DNA from: Octopus vulgaris
Taxonomy: Eukaryota
Assembly: GCA_951406725.2 (NCBI GenBank)
Contig: OX597820.1
Coordinates: 106,144,001 to 106,208,000, forward strand
Direction of reading: 5' to 3'
DNA length: 64,000 bases
Of this stretch, positions 1 to 12,465 are shown in pieces. Below the pieces are notes generated by a model. The model was not told the origin of the DNA and did not search any database. It saw only the letters and a program-made list of their open reading frames with translations. The position numbers and the translations under genes were made by a program. The first letter of the stretch is position 1; each line of letters begins with the position of its first letter.

Positions 1-28
1 TGAGAACCCAGGTTCAAAATTTCCCCAA

Positions 29-71
29 GACACCTGATGAAGGCTGGAGAGTATATCAGCCAAAACGTGTT
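29..71 (+). ncRNA. Degenerate minimal type I hammerhead ribozyme (Penelope-like terminal repeat remnant)
   Basis: GACAC-CTGATGA(34-40)-A-GGCTG..CAGCC stem II-AAAA (GAAA expected)-C-GTGTT. GACAC pairs with GTGTT as stem I. Stem III and the cleavage triplet appear deleted. Confidence 0.5.
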
Positions 72-139
72 AACAACAAACAAGATGAGGACAAATATTC
101 ATCAATTGTAAATAATGTAAATAATGTACATAATTCCTC

Positions 140-1251
140 ATCTCTAAAATACAGAACAACAGAAAAACTCTTCTCTATTCATAAGAAAGTGATAAAATAC
201 AAACAGAAACAGGGTGCAATGAAACAGTAAATTTAGATAACAAGAAAACAAAAATGGTTAAAAAGACAGAGACAACATGAAAATAAAACTACGAGACATT
301 CTTGAGAAGAAATGAAAAGGAAAAAGCCATCCCATGGCCAATACCTTGCAAGGCTTGGCAGAGAAGTACGCCAGAGTGAAAATCAACAATGGCTTAAAAG
401 TTCTGGCCTAAAAGCAGAAATAAAGATACTGGTCCTTGCTGCATAAGACCAGTGTTTGACCACAAATAACTATACAAATAAAATCATGAGAATGGATCCA
501 ACACCAAATATTAGATGTACAACCATCAAAATGAGATAGTTAGCAACATCATTTCTGGTTGCTCAGTCCTTACCAAATACACAGACGTAATCATTTTGGC
601 AGCTACTTCCACTGGGCAACATACCAACACTTCAATGTAAAAGCAAATGAAAAGTGGTATCAGTTTGACAGTGACCCAGCCACAATAATCTTAGACATGT
701 CCATCCAAATTGACAAAGAAATCTAAGCATGCCATCCAAACATAATAAAAGACAGATAGATGTTGTAATCAGTTCTTATGAAAATATGGATCTCAAATTT
801 TGGCACAAGGCCAGCAATTTTGGGGAGGGGTTGATTACATCTATCCCAGCACTCAACAGTACTCATTTTATCAACCCCAAAAGGATGAAGGGCAAAGTTG
901 ACCTTGGTAGAATTTGAACTTGGAATGAAAGATGGAGAAAATGCCACTAAACATTTTACTCAGCGTGCTAATGATTCAGCTATCTCACTGCCTTCCTTCT
1001 TCCGAAAATATTGTTTGGAAGGAGATGGAGAAACTGTCAAAATACAAGAATCTTGACATGGTAATATTCAAGATGAGGGGAATGAAGAGGAAAATGGTTT
1101 CATTAGTAACTGGAGCATTAGGCATGATTTAGAAAAATATCGAAAAAAAGAAATTGAAACCATACCTGGGCTCACAACACTACAAAACTGTCCAAAAGTA
1201 AATAGCTCTGCTAGGAATAGCTCACATCTTGCACAAGACACTGTCAATTTA
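140..1251 (+). mobile_element. R4/Dong-clade non-LTR retrotransposon, decayed 3' part (zinc-knuckle and RLE endonuclease region), interrupted by a SINE
   Basis: Translates across stops and frameshifts to KPSHGQY..QWLKSSGLKAE..LAA*DQCLTTNNY, IISGCSVL, KWY, KEMEKLSKYKNL, VTGALGMI, GIAHILHKTLSI*. Confidence 0.8.
790..997 (-). mobile_element. tRNA-derived SINE family A
   Basis: Reverse complement of the repeat best preserved at 36697-36922 (GTTCAAATTC B-box, CTTTGCCYTTCATCCTTT core). Confidence 0.75.
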
Positions 1252-1555
1252 ACAGAATAGTTGATGGTTCAATTGAATAGCTAAAACAGAATAATCTTTA
1301 CACACAACAAACAGCTTATGCAACAGACATTTAATAATCTAAAACAACACAACTTACACAGCATACTATATAAGACTTGGACTCAACAAAATAACACAAC
1401 TTACATTACACACGTGTGCATGTGCACACACACATGCACAAACACACAAGATAACACAGAAGTTGTTACATCGAGCCCATTTATCAACCCTGAAAGGATG
1501 AAAGGCAAAGTTGACCTTGGCAGCATTTGAATTCAGATTATAATAATAATAATAA

Positions 1556-1770
1556 TCCTTTCTACTATAGGCACAAAGTCAGAAATTTGGTAGAAGGGGG
1601 CTAGTTGTTTACATCTACCCCAGTGCTCAACTGGTACTTATTTCACTGACCCTTGAAAGGATGGAAGGCAGTGTCAACCTTAGTGGAATTTGAACTCAGA
1701 ATGTAGTGACAGATGAAATAATGCTAAGCATTTTGCCTCATGTGCTAATGTGTCTGCCATCTCAGTGTCT
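1556..1770 (-). mobile_element. SINE family A (a partial copy also lies at ~1478-1540)
   Basis: GAAAGGATGGAAGGCAGTGTCAACCT..GGAATTTGAACTCAGAATGT matches the family core. Confidence 0.75.
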
Positions 1771-1803
1771 TAATAACAACAACAACAACAATCATAATAA
1801 AAT

Positions 1804-3820
1804 GACAGTACTTGGTAGATAAAGCAATTAAAAGTATGAAGATAGGGAAAGCCCCTGGCCCATCAGAAATCACTGCACAGATGCTTAAAATATCTGGCAG
1901 TGTTGGCTATAGCCTAGTCACCCGTATAGTTAACCAGGTGATACACGAAGGAGTCATTCTCAATGACTGGTGTAGCAGCACTATAGTCAAGTGCTACAAA
2001 GATAAAGGTGATGCTTTAGATACAAATAATTACAGAGGAATCAAGTTGTTGGATCAGGTAATGTTGGATCACGGAGAGGGTCATGGCCCAACTAATTAGG
2101 GAGAGAGTCAGTTTAGATGAAAGGCAGTTTGGGTTCATGCCAGGGATGCCATATTCCTGGTAAGACAGCTGCAGGAGAAATACCTAGCCAAAGATAAACC
2201 TCTGTACCTGGCTTTCATTGACATGGAGAAAGCCTTTGACAGGGTTCCCTGATCCCTTATCTGGTGGTCAATGAGGAAACTAGGGATAGAAGAGTGGTTA
2301 GTGAGAGCTGTGCAAGCCATGTACAGAGATGCTGTAAGTAAGGTGAGGGTTGGCAATGAGTACAGTGAAGAATTCTGGGTAGAGGTAGGAGTCCACCAAG
2401 GTTCAGTCCTCAGCCCCCTCCTATTTATCATAGTTCTCCAGGCAATAATGGAGGAATTCAAGACAGGATGCCCCTGGGAGCTCCTCTATGCTGACAACCT
2501 TGCTCTAGTTGCTGAGTCACTATCAGAACTCGAGGAGAAGTTTCAGGTGTGGAAGCAAGGATTAGAATCGAAGGGCCTTAGAGTCAACCTAGCTAAAACC
2601 AAAGTCCTAATGAGTAGGAAGGTAGGAAAACCACAAATCCCTTCAGGTAGATGGCCGTGCTCGATCTGTAGAAAAGGTGTAGGTAGAAACTCTATAAGAT
2701 GTACCTAGTGTAAGCTATGGACACATAAGAGGTGCAGCAATATCAAAGGAAGGCTAACTGGGAAGATAGTTTTTGTATGTGGCAGATGCTCAGGGGCAAT
2801 AAACACTGGAAATGTGCAGAGAAAAACTTCTGCCACATTCCAGGGAGAAAAACTAGAAGTAGTTGATAGCTTCCATTACCTATGTGACCAAGTCAGTAGC
2901 GGGGGAGGGTGTGCTGAAAGTGTAGCTGCTAGAATAAGAATAACCTGGGCAAAGTTTAGAGAGCTCTTACCTCTGCTGGTGGCAAAGGGCCTCTTACTCA
3001 GAGTAAAAGGTAGACTGTATGACGCATGTGTACGAACAGCCATGCTACATGGCAGTGAAACATGGGCTGTGACTGCTGAGGACATGCATAAGTTCACAAG
3101 GAATGAAGCCAGTATGATCCGATGGATGTGTAATGTCAGTTTGCATACTCGACAGAGCGTATGTACCTTGAGAGAAAAGTTGGGCCTAAGAAGCATCAGT
3201 TGTGGTGTGCAAGAGTGATGACTGTGCTGGTATGGTCATATGGTGAGAATGGATGAGGATAGCTGTGTGAAAAAGTTCCACACACTAGTGGTTGAGGGAA
3301 CCTGTGGAAGAGGTAGACCCAGGAAAACCTGGGATGAGGTGTTCAAGCATGACCTTCGAACATTAGGCCTCACTGAGGCAATGACTAGTGACCAAGACCA
3401 ATGGAAGTATGCTGTGCTTTAGAAGACCTGGCAAGCCAAGTGGGACCATAAACTCGTGGCTTATGCCAGGGGTGTAACCAGCCCATTTATACATACCTTT
3501 CCTTCATTGGACTCTAAACTCTGCTTGCAAAGACCTGTTGAGACAAGTGAAATCGAAATCAAATTCGATGACTGGCTCCTGTGCAGGTGGCATGTAAAAA
3601 ACACCATTTGAGTGCGGCCATTGCCAGTACTGCCTGACTGGCCCTTGTGTGGGTGGCATGTAAAAGCACTCACTACACTCTTGGAGTGGTTGGCATTAGG
3701 AAGGGCATCAGCTGTAGAATATCTGCCAGATCAGATTGGAGCCTAGTGCAGCCATCTGGTTCGCCAGCCCTCAGTCAAATCGTCCAATCCATGCTAGCAT
3801 GGAAAGCGGACATTAAACAT
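1804..3820 (+). mobile_element. RTE-clade LINE, 5'-truncated, pseudogenised reverse transcriptase plus 3' UTR
   Basis: ORF fragments 1812-3422: GKAPGPSEI, NYRGIKLL, MEKAFDRV, GVHQGSVLSPLLF, LLYADNL (YADD site), C-terminal GRGRPRKTW. Confidence 0.95.
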
Positions 3821-3918
3821 AGAATAATACTGTACGTTTTGGATAATAAACGCACTCTATTGACAGATATACGAGAGCATCTTTTCCTTGACTTATGAAC
3901 TCTCAGACGACTCACGTA

Positions 3919-3954
<36 letters not shown>

Positions 3955-4129
3955 TATATTACCTTGCTTGGCAACAGGTGGGGGTTGGCATCAGGAAGGG
4001 CATCCGGCCGTAGAAAACTTGCCACACGCATAGTGCTGCATATATGTGCAATCCCATGCTCATTTATAACTGAAGAGGGTCTTTACCTTTTAGCCATTTA
4101 CAAAAAGAATAGAACATCTTTGCATTAGA

Positions 4130-4770
4130 CTCAGGTGTGGCTGTGGGATAAGAAGTTTGCTTCCCAACCACATGGTTCTGGGTTTGACCCCACTGTGAGG
4201 CACCTTGGGCAAGTGTCTTCTACAACAGCCTTGTGCTGACCAAAGCCTTGGGAGGGGATTCGGTAGACAGAATCCTAAAGAAGCCTGTTGTGTATTTATC
4301 GATTTGTGTATGTCTTTGTGTCTGTGTTTGTCCCCCAACCACCACTTGATAACTGGTGTTTGTGTGTTTATGATATGACATATGACTTCTCTTCGTCACT
4401 GTTATATCTGAACTGTTATACTATCAAACGTTTCTGGTGTTCTCTTATTACTCTCCAACTGTGTGTCTTCAACAACCACTCCATGATATCTCTATTCAAT
4501 AATTCCCACGACCTGTACACTATAACTGCACATATGACACTCATCGCAGACAGTTCTGCGCATACTCATTTATACAAACTAGTATAGTTCACTTAGCCAA
4601 TCACGGGGGTGTACAGATTCCCCATACAACAGTTTACATCCCTGTAACTTAGCAGTTCAGTAAAAGCAAATGAAAAATAAGTAGGGGGGGGGGTCAATTC
4701 ACTTGACTAAAATGTTTCAGAGTAGTGCCCCAACGTGGCCACAGTCTAATGACTGAAACAAGTAAAAGGG
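4130..4770 (+). mobile_element. tRNA-derived SINE family B, interrupted by a solo LTR
   Basis: GTGTGGCTGTG..CATGGTTCTGGGTTTGACCCCACTG..GGCACCTTGGGCAAGTGTCTTCTAC head and GACTGAAACAAGTAAAAG tail. Confidence 0.85.
4371..4631. mobile_element. Solo LTR (261 bp) with 5-bp target-site duplication
   Basis: Begins TG (TGATATG) and ends CA (CATACAACA). Flanked by GTTTA at 4366-4370 and 4632-4636. Removing it restores a continuous SINE B. Confidence 0.75.
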
Positions 4771-5606
4771 TAACACATTTATGCCTAGGTAATTTACATA
4801 CATTAAACAAGTGGCCAGGTGACATGTATATGAATAGCATAATCAACTGCAGTTATATCAACTTCCACGCAAATAAATTCTTGAGTTTATCTCTACTCTC
4901 ATAAGGAGGTGTTCTCAGTTGCTATTTGGCAACTGTGATACATGTGGAGGTGGAGACAGTCTTAGGAAATCAAGAATTTTTATTGTATGGTGTTTGATAT
5001 ACCTTCATTTGTCTATGTTGTTCATTAATGCACATGCCACTGGACACTCTGAAATATTTCTCTCAGGTCATATTTTTTTTATTTATGAAGGTCGAAAGTT
5101 AGAGAGAGGAGAGGAAATGATGGTGGGGGGATGAAAAGAAAAAGAAAAAAATAACAGTAGAAAAATATGTTGGCAGGAATATTAGAGAATCAACTAAAAA
5201 GAGTAAGATAATGAAAGAGAAACATAAAATCAGTTCTATAGAGGAGAAATATACTGATATACATATAGAGAAAGAAGCAGACTTAACAAAGATACTTCCA
5301 CCATACCAAGAAAAGAGAAAAAAAAAAGAAGAAAACCAAGTGATAGGAAGTTATTTTTAGTTACACAGAAACCTGTCTTAGTCATATGATTGTTATTGGT
5401 AGTGTACAAAATAGTGTGTAGGAAACTGGTATGTTAACAGGAGCTCCATCTACATAACGCAATCTGTGGCTGTCTATCAATTTACATACTAAAGCCAGTA
5501 AGTGATCTGAAGATTCTGGTATCTTCTCTCTCCGTAAAGCAGATGCTATACATGGACACCTTATCACACAGCCTTGCATTAGCTACTGGCTACATAAACT
5601 CTAGTT

Positions 5607-6021
5607 GTTGAAACATTAACATCTAAGTTAGACAACACAACAAATAAATGAATTAATAACAAAATAGATAAATGGGAAAGAATGGGAAAAAAAGGAGAGA
5701 TAAATATGTGGAAATGTAAAGTTCACACTACAGTATTGCATGCGTTGGAGTATTGTGATGAGAATGGACTTCTGATGTGATGAGCAAGTGAGCTGCCACG
5801 AAGAATGATAAAACATTAGCATCTAGCTGAAAGAGAGAGAGAGAGAGAGACCAGGACAAGGGTAAGAGAGAGGGTGAGAGAGAAGAGATACATGGAAGTA
5901 TAAAGTTCACACAATGGAATAAAGTTTGCATGTTGTGAGTAAAATAATGTTGAAACATTAGCATGTAGTTAAAAAGTCCCCTTGCCCTCGTGAATTAATA
6001 GTAGATAAAATGAAAAGTAAG

Positions 6022-6066
<45 letters not shown>

Positions 6067-6140
6067 AAAGATAAAATACATGGAACTATGAACTTCACAG
6101 GATGGAATAACTTTGTGTGTTGTGAGAAGAACATTCTATT
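5607..6140. repeat. Degenerate triple tandem repeat (~150-200 bp units with GA tracts)
   Basis: AAACATTARCAT..(GA)n..ATACATGGAA.TAT.AA.TTCACAC recurs three times. Confidence 0.55.
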
Positions 6141-6364
6141 GTAATGGGGTTGGAGTCTTTCATTGGAGAAGATCATCACCAATACCACCACCATCATCAT
6201 CATCATCATCATCATCACTTAATGCCTGGCTTCCTACTGGCAGGGTTTGGACAGTTTGACAGGAGCTAGCAAGTGAAGAAGACTGCACCAAGCTCCACTG
6301 TCTGTTTGGCATTGTTTTTACAGTTGAATGCCTTTCTAAATACAAATACACACACAGACATATG

Positions 6365-6520
6365 TACATGAATAAATATATATACATATATATACATATA
6401 TATACATATATATATACATATATATATACATATATATACATATATATATAAATATATATACATATATATATATATACATATATATACATATATATATATA
6501 AATATATATACATATATATT
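6365..6520. repeat. (TA)n/(TACATA)n microsatellite
   Basis: Directly visible. Confidence 0.95.
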
Positions 6521-6524
6521 AACT

Positions 6525-7000
6525 ATAAGTGAAATCAAAATCGAAATCGGAATCGAAATTGAACCAATCCTATGACTGGCATCCGGCAGATGCCAGGACC
6601 CCTGGACTGGTGGTACATAAAAAGCACTATCTGAATCGTGGTCGATGCCAGCGCCGCCTCAACTGGCTTCCGTGCCGGTGGCACGTAAAATGCACCATCC
6701 AAACCGTGGCCGATGCCAGTGCCGCCTCGACTGGCTTCCATGCCGGTGGCACGTAAAATGCACCAATGCGACCATGGCCGTTGCCAGCCTCGCCTGGCAT
6801 CTGTGCAGGTGGCATGTAAAAAGCACCCACTACACTCACGGAGTGGTTGGCGTTAGGAAGGGCATCCAGCTGTAGAAACATTGCCAGATAAGACTGGAGC
6901 CTGGTGCAGCCTTCTGGCTTCCCAGACCCCGGTCGAACTGTCCAACCCATGCTAGCATGGAGAACGGACGTTAAACGATGATGATGATGATGATGATGAT
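6525..7000 (+). mobile_element. RTE LINE 3' UTR-only copy with ~4 tandem ~68-bp units and (GAT)n tail
   Basis: Matches the 3' UTR of 1804-3820 and ends CATGCTAGCATGGAGAACGGACGTTAAAC(GAT)n. Confidence 0.9.
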
Positions 7001-7003
7001 ATG

Positions 7004-7044
<41 letters not shown>

Positions 7045-8195
7045 GATGGATGTCTTTCAGTTTTCGTCTACCAAATCCACTCACAAAGCTTTGGTTGCCC
7101 CAGGCTATAGTGGAAGATACTTACCCAAGATGCTACTCACTGGATCTGTACCTGGAATCCTGAACTTTTAATTTTTTTCATAGTAGTACTGCCATTAAGC
7201 CATTGTGTCTGTCTATAAACCTAAAACCATTCATCCATTTATTCAAAGGAATTGCTACCAAATTAGTATTATTAGATGAATGACGTGGCAGAGATGGCAG
7301 AGGGCCAAACTAAATTCCATATAGAATTTAGTTTAGTCCCTCTATATTTTAGATTCAAATGAAAATCTTACAGTGGTTTTATTATACATTTCATCTCTAG
7401 GATTGATAAATAAAAAACGCTGAATTTGATTCAGCTCATAATGTTCTTCCATAACAATACATGAATTTGTGTCAGTTTTAGAAAACTTTATCCTAAAAGC
7501 AATTTTCTAAGCAAAATATAATGATCTGAGAGAAAATTTATGTGAAAAATTTTTTACTTGGCAGAGTATTCTCTCTACTATAAAAGCTGAACTTCCAATT
7601 GAACAAAATAATTGTTACACCTACAGCCTCCCATAGTAAACAGTAGATGACCGTATTTTCTTCCAATGCTAAAGTATTCTTTATGTGTTCTTGTGCACTG
7701 TAATCACACTTCCCCAACTATACAAGCAATAACCTCATCCACATGTTAAGCTGATAATAAGCCGGTTTTACTAAGTATAAAGACTCAGCCATCACCTCAT
7801 CTACTTAGGGTTATCTTTTATAATAGTATAACATTTGTAAAAATGTAAACTAAACATGCAGGTAACTGCAGGAAATTATTCTTTGTTATAAAGATAAAAT
7901 CATTGCCAACCATTACCTCCTCAATTGCCAAACAGAATGATATCAAGTCTGTTATTAGCTAGTGAATGTTAAATTGAGTGAAACATTTATCTATAGCAGC
8001 TAGATTATAAGAACTAATTCTTCAAATTTTAGTGGTCATTTTATCAGTCAAGCAGGCAAAGAATGAATCATATTAACAAGGGTTGCTGAAGTCTATTGAA
8101 TTTTGTTTTATAATTTCTACTTTGAATTCATCCAAATCTTCATATGTTATATTGTTTCAATATCCAGCCATATGGGTAAATATGAAAAGACATAC

Positions 8196-8239
<44 letters not shown>

Positions 8240-8975
8240 GCAGTGACTGGTAAAACCTGGGCATATAGAGGGGGTGGGGACAACCCTTTGCATTCATGTC
8301 AAGTCTCTACTCCCTGCTCATGCACCTTGGCAATACCCAACCATATATACTCTGACCCTGTATCTTGAGGGTATGCCCTTACACTTTGCTTCCATTTATC
8401 TCTCCCTTGCTCTTCTCCACCATCCCATTTATTTTGATCCCTGTTCCTTGTGAGCATGCCCTGGTGCTTTGCCACCATCTTTCTACTGCTCTCTTGCACT
8501 CTCTCTTTTTCTCTTGCTCTATCCCTGTGTGGTTAACCATGTATCTCCTCAACAGCAACACACCTGTTACTGGCCTCAGTCTTTCTCTTTCTCTTTCTCT
8601 CTCTCTCTCTCTGACCAGGTAACCATGTACCACCTTTACAGTAAGACACCTTTTTTCTCTCTCTCAGTTACACTTTAGCCTTTCATCATCTGGCACAAGA
8701 TATCCTCCTCCAACGCCCCATCCCCTCTCAAAGAATCATTGTCTTCAAGTTAATTGGTGACCCTGCCAGTGTTGATGCCACGTAAAAAGCATTCAGTCCA
8801 CTCTGTAGAGTGGTTGGTATTAGAAAGGGCATCCAGCTGTAAAAACCATGCCAGAACAGACAGTGAAGTACGGTGCAGTCTTCTGCTAAACCAGCTCCTG
8901 TCAAACTATCCAACCAATGCCAGCATGGAAAATGGATGTTAAATGATGATGATGATGATGATGATTATGATAATG
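8240..8975 (+). mobile_element. RTE LINE 3' end, subfamily with a pyrimidine-rich 3' UTR
   Basis: Terminal AAGGGCATCCAGCTGT..CAGCATGGAAAATGGATGTTAAAT(GAT)n. The upstream C/T-rich region resembles 49910-50490. Confidence 0.7.
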
Positions 8976-8997
8976 ATGGTGGTTGTGGTGGTATATC

Positions 8998-9031
<34 letters not shown>

Positions 9032-9569
9032 TATTTATATATGTGTGTATATTTATATGTATATATGTATGTATGTATGTGTGTGTGTCTATTTAAATAT
9101 TACAAAGCCTTACTGTGGGTGAAATAACGTTGTAAACACATTCTTTCTATGCTTTTTATGTGCAGAAAAGAGAAACCAATTAACAGTTTAATAACTGTTC
9201 CTCAGAGAAGATGCACCCAACTTCTTTTCCCACACAAAAGCATAAAACATTTGTCTGCCATATAAAGCAATCATAAATTAGGCTAGCACCTTAATGGATT
9301 GCCTAACTTACATATTTGTGCTCATCAGTTATTAAACAATATCTATTTTATGTGTAACACAGCATGAATCACGAGAACTAGCTAGAGCACAAGAGGGAAG
9401 CAGTTTTAATAAAGGGACCACTGAACAGGTGTTGTTGTACATTGGAGAGATTCAGCTTCTGAAGATGGAACCCAAACCAACTATAATTAGAAAAGACAAG
9501 AGGTAGCAATGACAAACTTTGTTGAATACTTTAGACCTGGGCTGGCCAACTCAATATTGACCCCTGTGG

Positions 9570-9900
9570 GGTACGAGTATGCAGAATAAAACACACACAC
9601 ACACACAAAAACAAACAGGCAAGTGAACAGTGACAGAACCATAAAGAAGAAAGGGTGCATATACACATTGGGAGTAGTGTTGGTGAATATTAGAAAGCAT
9701 AAAATTTTTTAAGGATACAGTGACCTGAGAGCTAACAACTGACACACGTAGTTTATTCCATGCTTTGACAATTTTATGGATAAAAACTTATTTCCCAAAG
9801 TCACGAGTACTGCTCTGTTCTTTTGATAAATGTCCATGTATGAGCTGGATGAGCCACTGAGGTTTGTTCATGTCTACATCGATGTACTTATGAAATTCAG
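9570..9900 (-). mobile_element. CR1/L2-like LINE 3' remnant
   Basis: Minus strand encodes HKIVKAWNKLRVSVVS..VSLKNFML, a typical C-terminal motif. Same family as 26103-26351. Confidence 0.6.
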
Positions 9901-10270
9901 GTGATATTTGTAAATAATTTAGATGGCTGGAACAGGTGTGTGAAACTTTTGCACACCTCCTTATATTGGTTATTCCAACACAATCTTTACATGCATTTAA
10001 GTTACCACTCCATTCATCTCCAGGTACTAATGAATGAAATGTTTCTAAGTCTTTTTAGATGTTTGAAGAAATTTGGCCTTCCAGCTTTTGTCAGGCCATG
10101 AAATAGAAAACATTTTCTGGACATTTTTCATCACTTTTTGTGTCAGACTATTATTTTTGACTCAATTCAAGATCGGTCTAATTTTTGGTATAATCTATGT
10201 GGGTAGTGGGTTACTACCTGTAACTTTAGATATTCACATGATTTGAATAAATTATCAGGTATTATTATTG

Positions 10271-10895
10271 AAGGTGGTGAGCTGGCAGAGTTGTTAGTAT
10301 ACCAGGCAAAATGCTTAGCAATATTTCATCTGTCATTACATTCTGAGTTCAAATTCCGCTGAGGTCAACTTTGCTTTTCATCCTTTTGGGATCAATGAAT
10401 TAAGTGCCAGTTGAGTACTGGGGTTGATATAATCGACCAATCCCTCTCCAAATGTCAGGCCTTGTGCCAATAGTATAAAGGAGTATTGTTATTATCATTA
10501 TCATAAGGCAGTGAGTTAGCAGAATCATTAGCACACCAGGCATTTCATTCTTCCTTACATTTTCAGTTCAAATTTGGCCGTGGTCAACTTTGCCTTTCAA
10601 CCTTTTGGGGTTGAGAAAATAAGTGACAGTTGAACATAGGGGGTCGGTGTAATCAGCTTACTCCTCCCCTAAAATTTCTGAAAATTCAAAACATTATTAT
10701 TTTCACAAGGCAGCAAGCTGGCAGAATTTTTAGCATGCCATGCAAAATGTCTAGTGGCATTTTATCCATCTTAAGGTTCTAGGTTCAAATGCCACCAGGG
10801 TCGACTTTACCTTTCATCATTTCAGGATCAATAAAATAAGCACCAGTTGAGCACTGGGGTCAATTTAATCAACTTAGCCCTCTCCCCTGAAATTG
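10271..10895 (+). mobile_element. Three head-to-tail SINE family A copies (~10271-10480, 10507-10690, 10708-10895)
   Basis: GG..G.GAG.T.GCAGA head and GTTCAAAT B-box repeated three times, separated by short ATT tracts. Confidence 0.85.
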
Positions 10896-11813
10896 CTTTC
10901 AGTCCTTTAGGTAGCATTTTGGGTACTGTACAAAGTGCACCGATTGCTACAGGAAGAATTGTTTTGGTCTTTCACTGTCTCCTTAGCTTTCTGGCAAGAT
11001 CTTTGTATTTCTCAATTTTTTCCATTTCTTTGGTATTGACTCTGCTATCATAGGGAATTGCAAAACCCATAATCTTTCCCTGTTTATTTTATCCTCTGTA
11101 ATTATATCTGGTCCTTTTACTTCAATAATATGGCCAGTCTTTATGGGGGAGTCTCACCAGATCTTGTAATTGACATTTTCTATTACATCTTCTGGTTCTT
11201 GTTCATACCACTTGTCTGTTGTTTTGAAGCTGCACACTTGGCACTTTTTTTGCCTAAATAGTCATGTCTGCACTTACACTCTTTTTGTGCAAGAATAGAT
11301 GGTTGTGGTCGCACTTGGTGGTCTCACATCTAATGACCACTTCGTTCAGAAGGCAGGAATAGATGTCATTCAAAGAAAAAACACTGTGCAATGAATTCAT
11401 AGAACCAAGCTGTAACTTTTAAATGCTTTTACTCCAGATCACAAAGATATACAAGCTGAATAATCATGGAAGAGTTTACATGCAAAGGCCATGTCCAGCT
11501 TCTGCGTATTCTACATCGTAGCTGTTCAATGTCTGTTAGCTGTTGCGTACATTATGCAAGAGCTAACAAGGTCACGTCCTCACACTCTGCTGTTGCGATG
11601 ACAAAGAGGAAGGGCTAACTGCTGGAACATTAGAGTTACATGTTGTGCCACCTAGTGGTGAGCTATTTTAGGCAGCTACCATCAGGGGAGGTAATTGCAC
11701 CTACACTAGTATACTGCACTCACTCAAAATATGATCAATACTCTCATCTCCTCTCCTGCAGATTCTACATTTGCTGTCTGACTAAGTTTTGTCAATCTTT
11801 GCCTTTATCAGGT

Positions 11814-11859
11814 TTGTTCCAAGGGCTTGTTCCAAGGGCTTGTTCCAAGGGCTTGTTCC
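11814..11859. repeat. 13-bp tandem repeat (TTGTTCCAAGGGC) x3.5
   Basis: Directly visible, perfect units. Confidence 0.95.
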
Positions 11860-12235
11860 TGAACAGCTATAACTAGCATTTCTTTATCTCCTATCAAGTT
11901 CCTGTTTGTCAACCAAAACCAATGATCTTTACTTCCAAAATTCTCAGTTTGTTGCAGGAATTGGCCATGTAATTCCATTTCTTTCCATTTGTTTATTTGT
12001 TGTTCTTATTTTACTCTTGGAATTCTCCCACTGTTTCAGTCATTTTTGGGGGGTATCTCTGGCTGCCAAAAGTATTCTTTCTTTACTCTGCACAACATAA
12101 TTTCTCAGTGTCTTCTGCATAATTACAAACAGTGTCTTCTGCATTTTGTAGTCCTCCACCACTTTCCTTTCTTGGTAGAGCCCATTAATATTACTTTTAA
12201 GATGGAGTGCATTGTGCCTTGTGAACAGCTTTCTT

Positions 12236-12465
12236 ATTTCTTTATTGCCCACAAGGGGCTAAACATAGAGGGGACAAACAAGAACAGACAAATGGATTAA
12301 GTTGATTACATCGAACCTAGTGCATAACTGGTACTTAATTTATGGAGCCCAAAAGGATGAAAGGCAAAGTCGACCTTGGTGGAATTTGAACTCAAAACAT
12401 AGTGGCAGACGAAAAACTGCTAAGCATTTCGTCCAGCATGCTAACATTTCTGCCAGCTCGCCACC
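12236..12465 (-). mobile_element. SINE family A
   Basis: Close reverse complement of 36697-36922. Confidence 0.9.

Noticed and set aside
3822-3917. Possible minus-strand hammerhead (..ATCC-AAAA-CG-TA with an upstream hairpin)
   Set aside because: There is no CUGANGA at the base of the stem and GAAA is also mutated, so it is too degenerate to call.
5382-5579. 65-aa ORF in non-repetitive-looking sequence
   Set aside because: No recognisable homology or exon boundaries.
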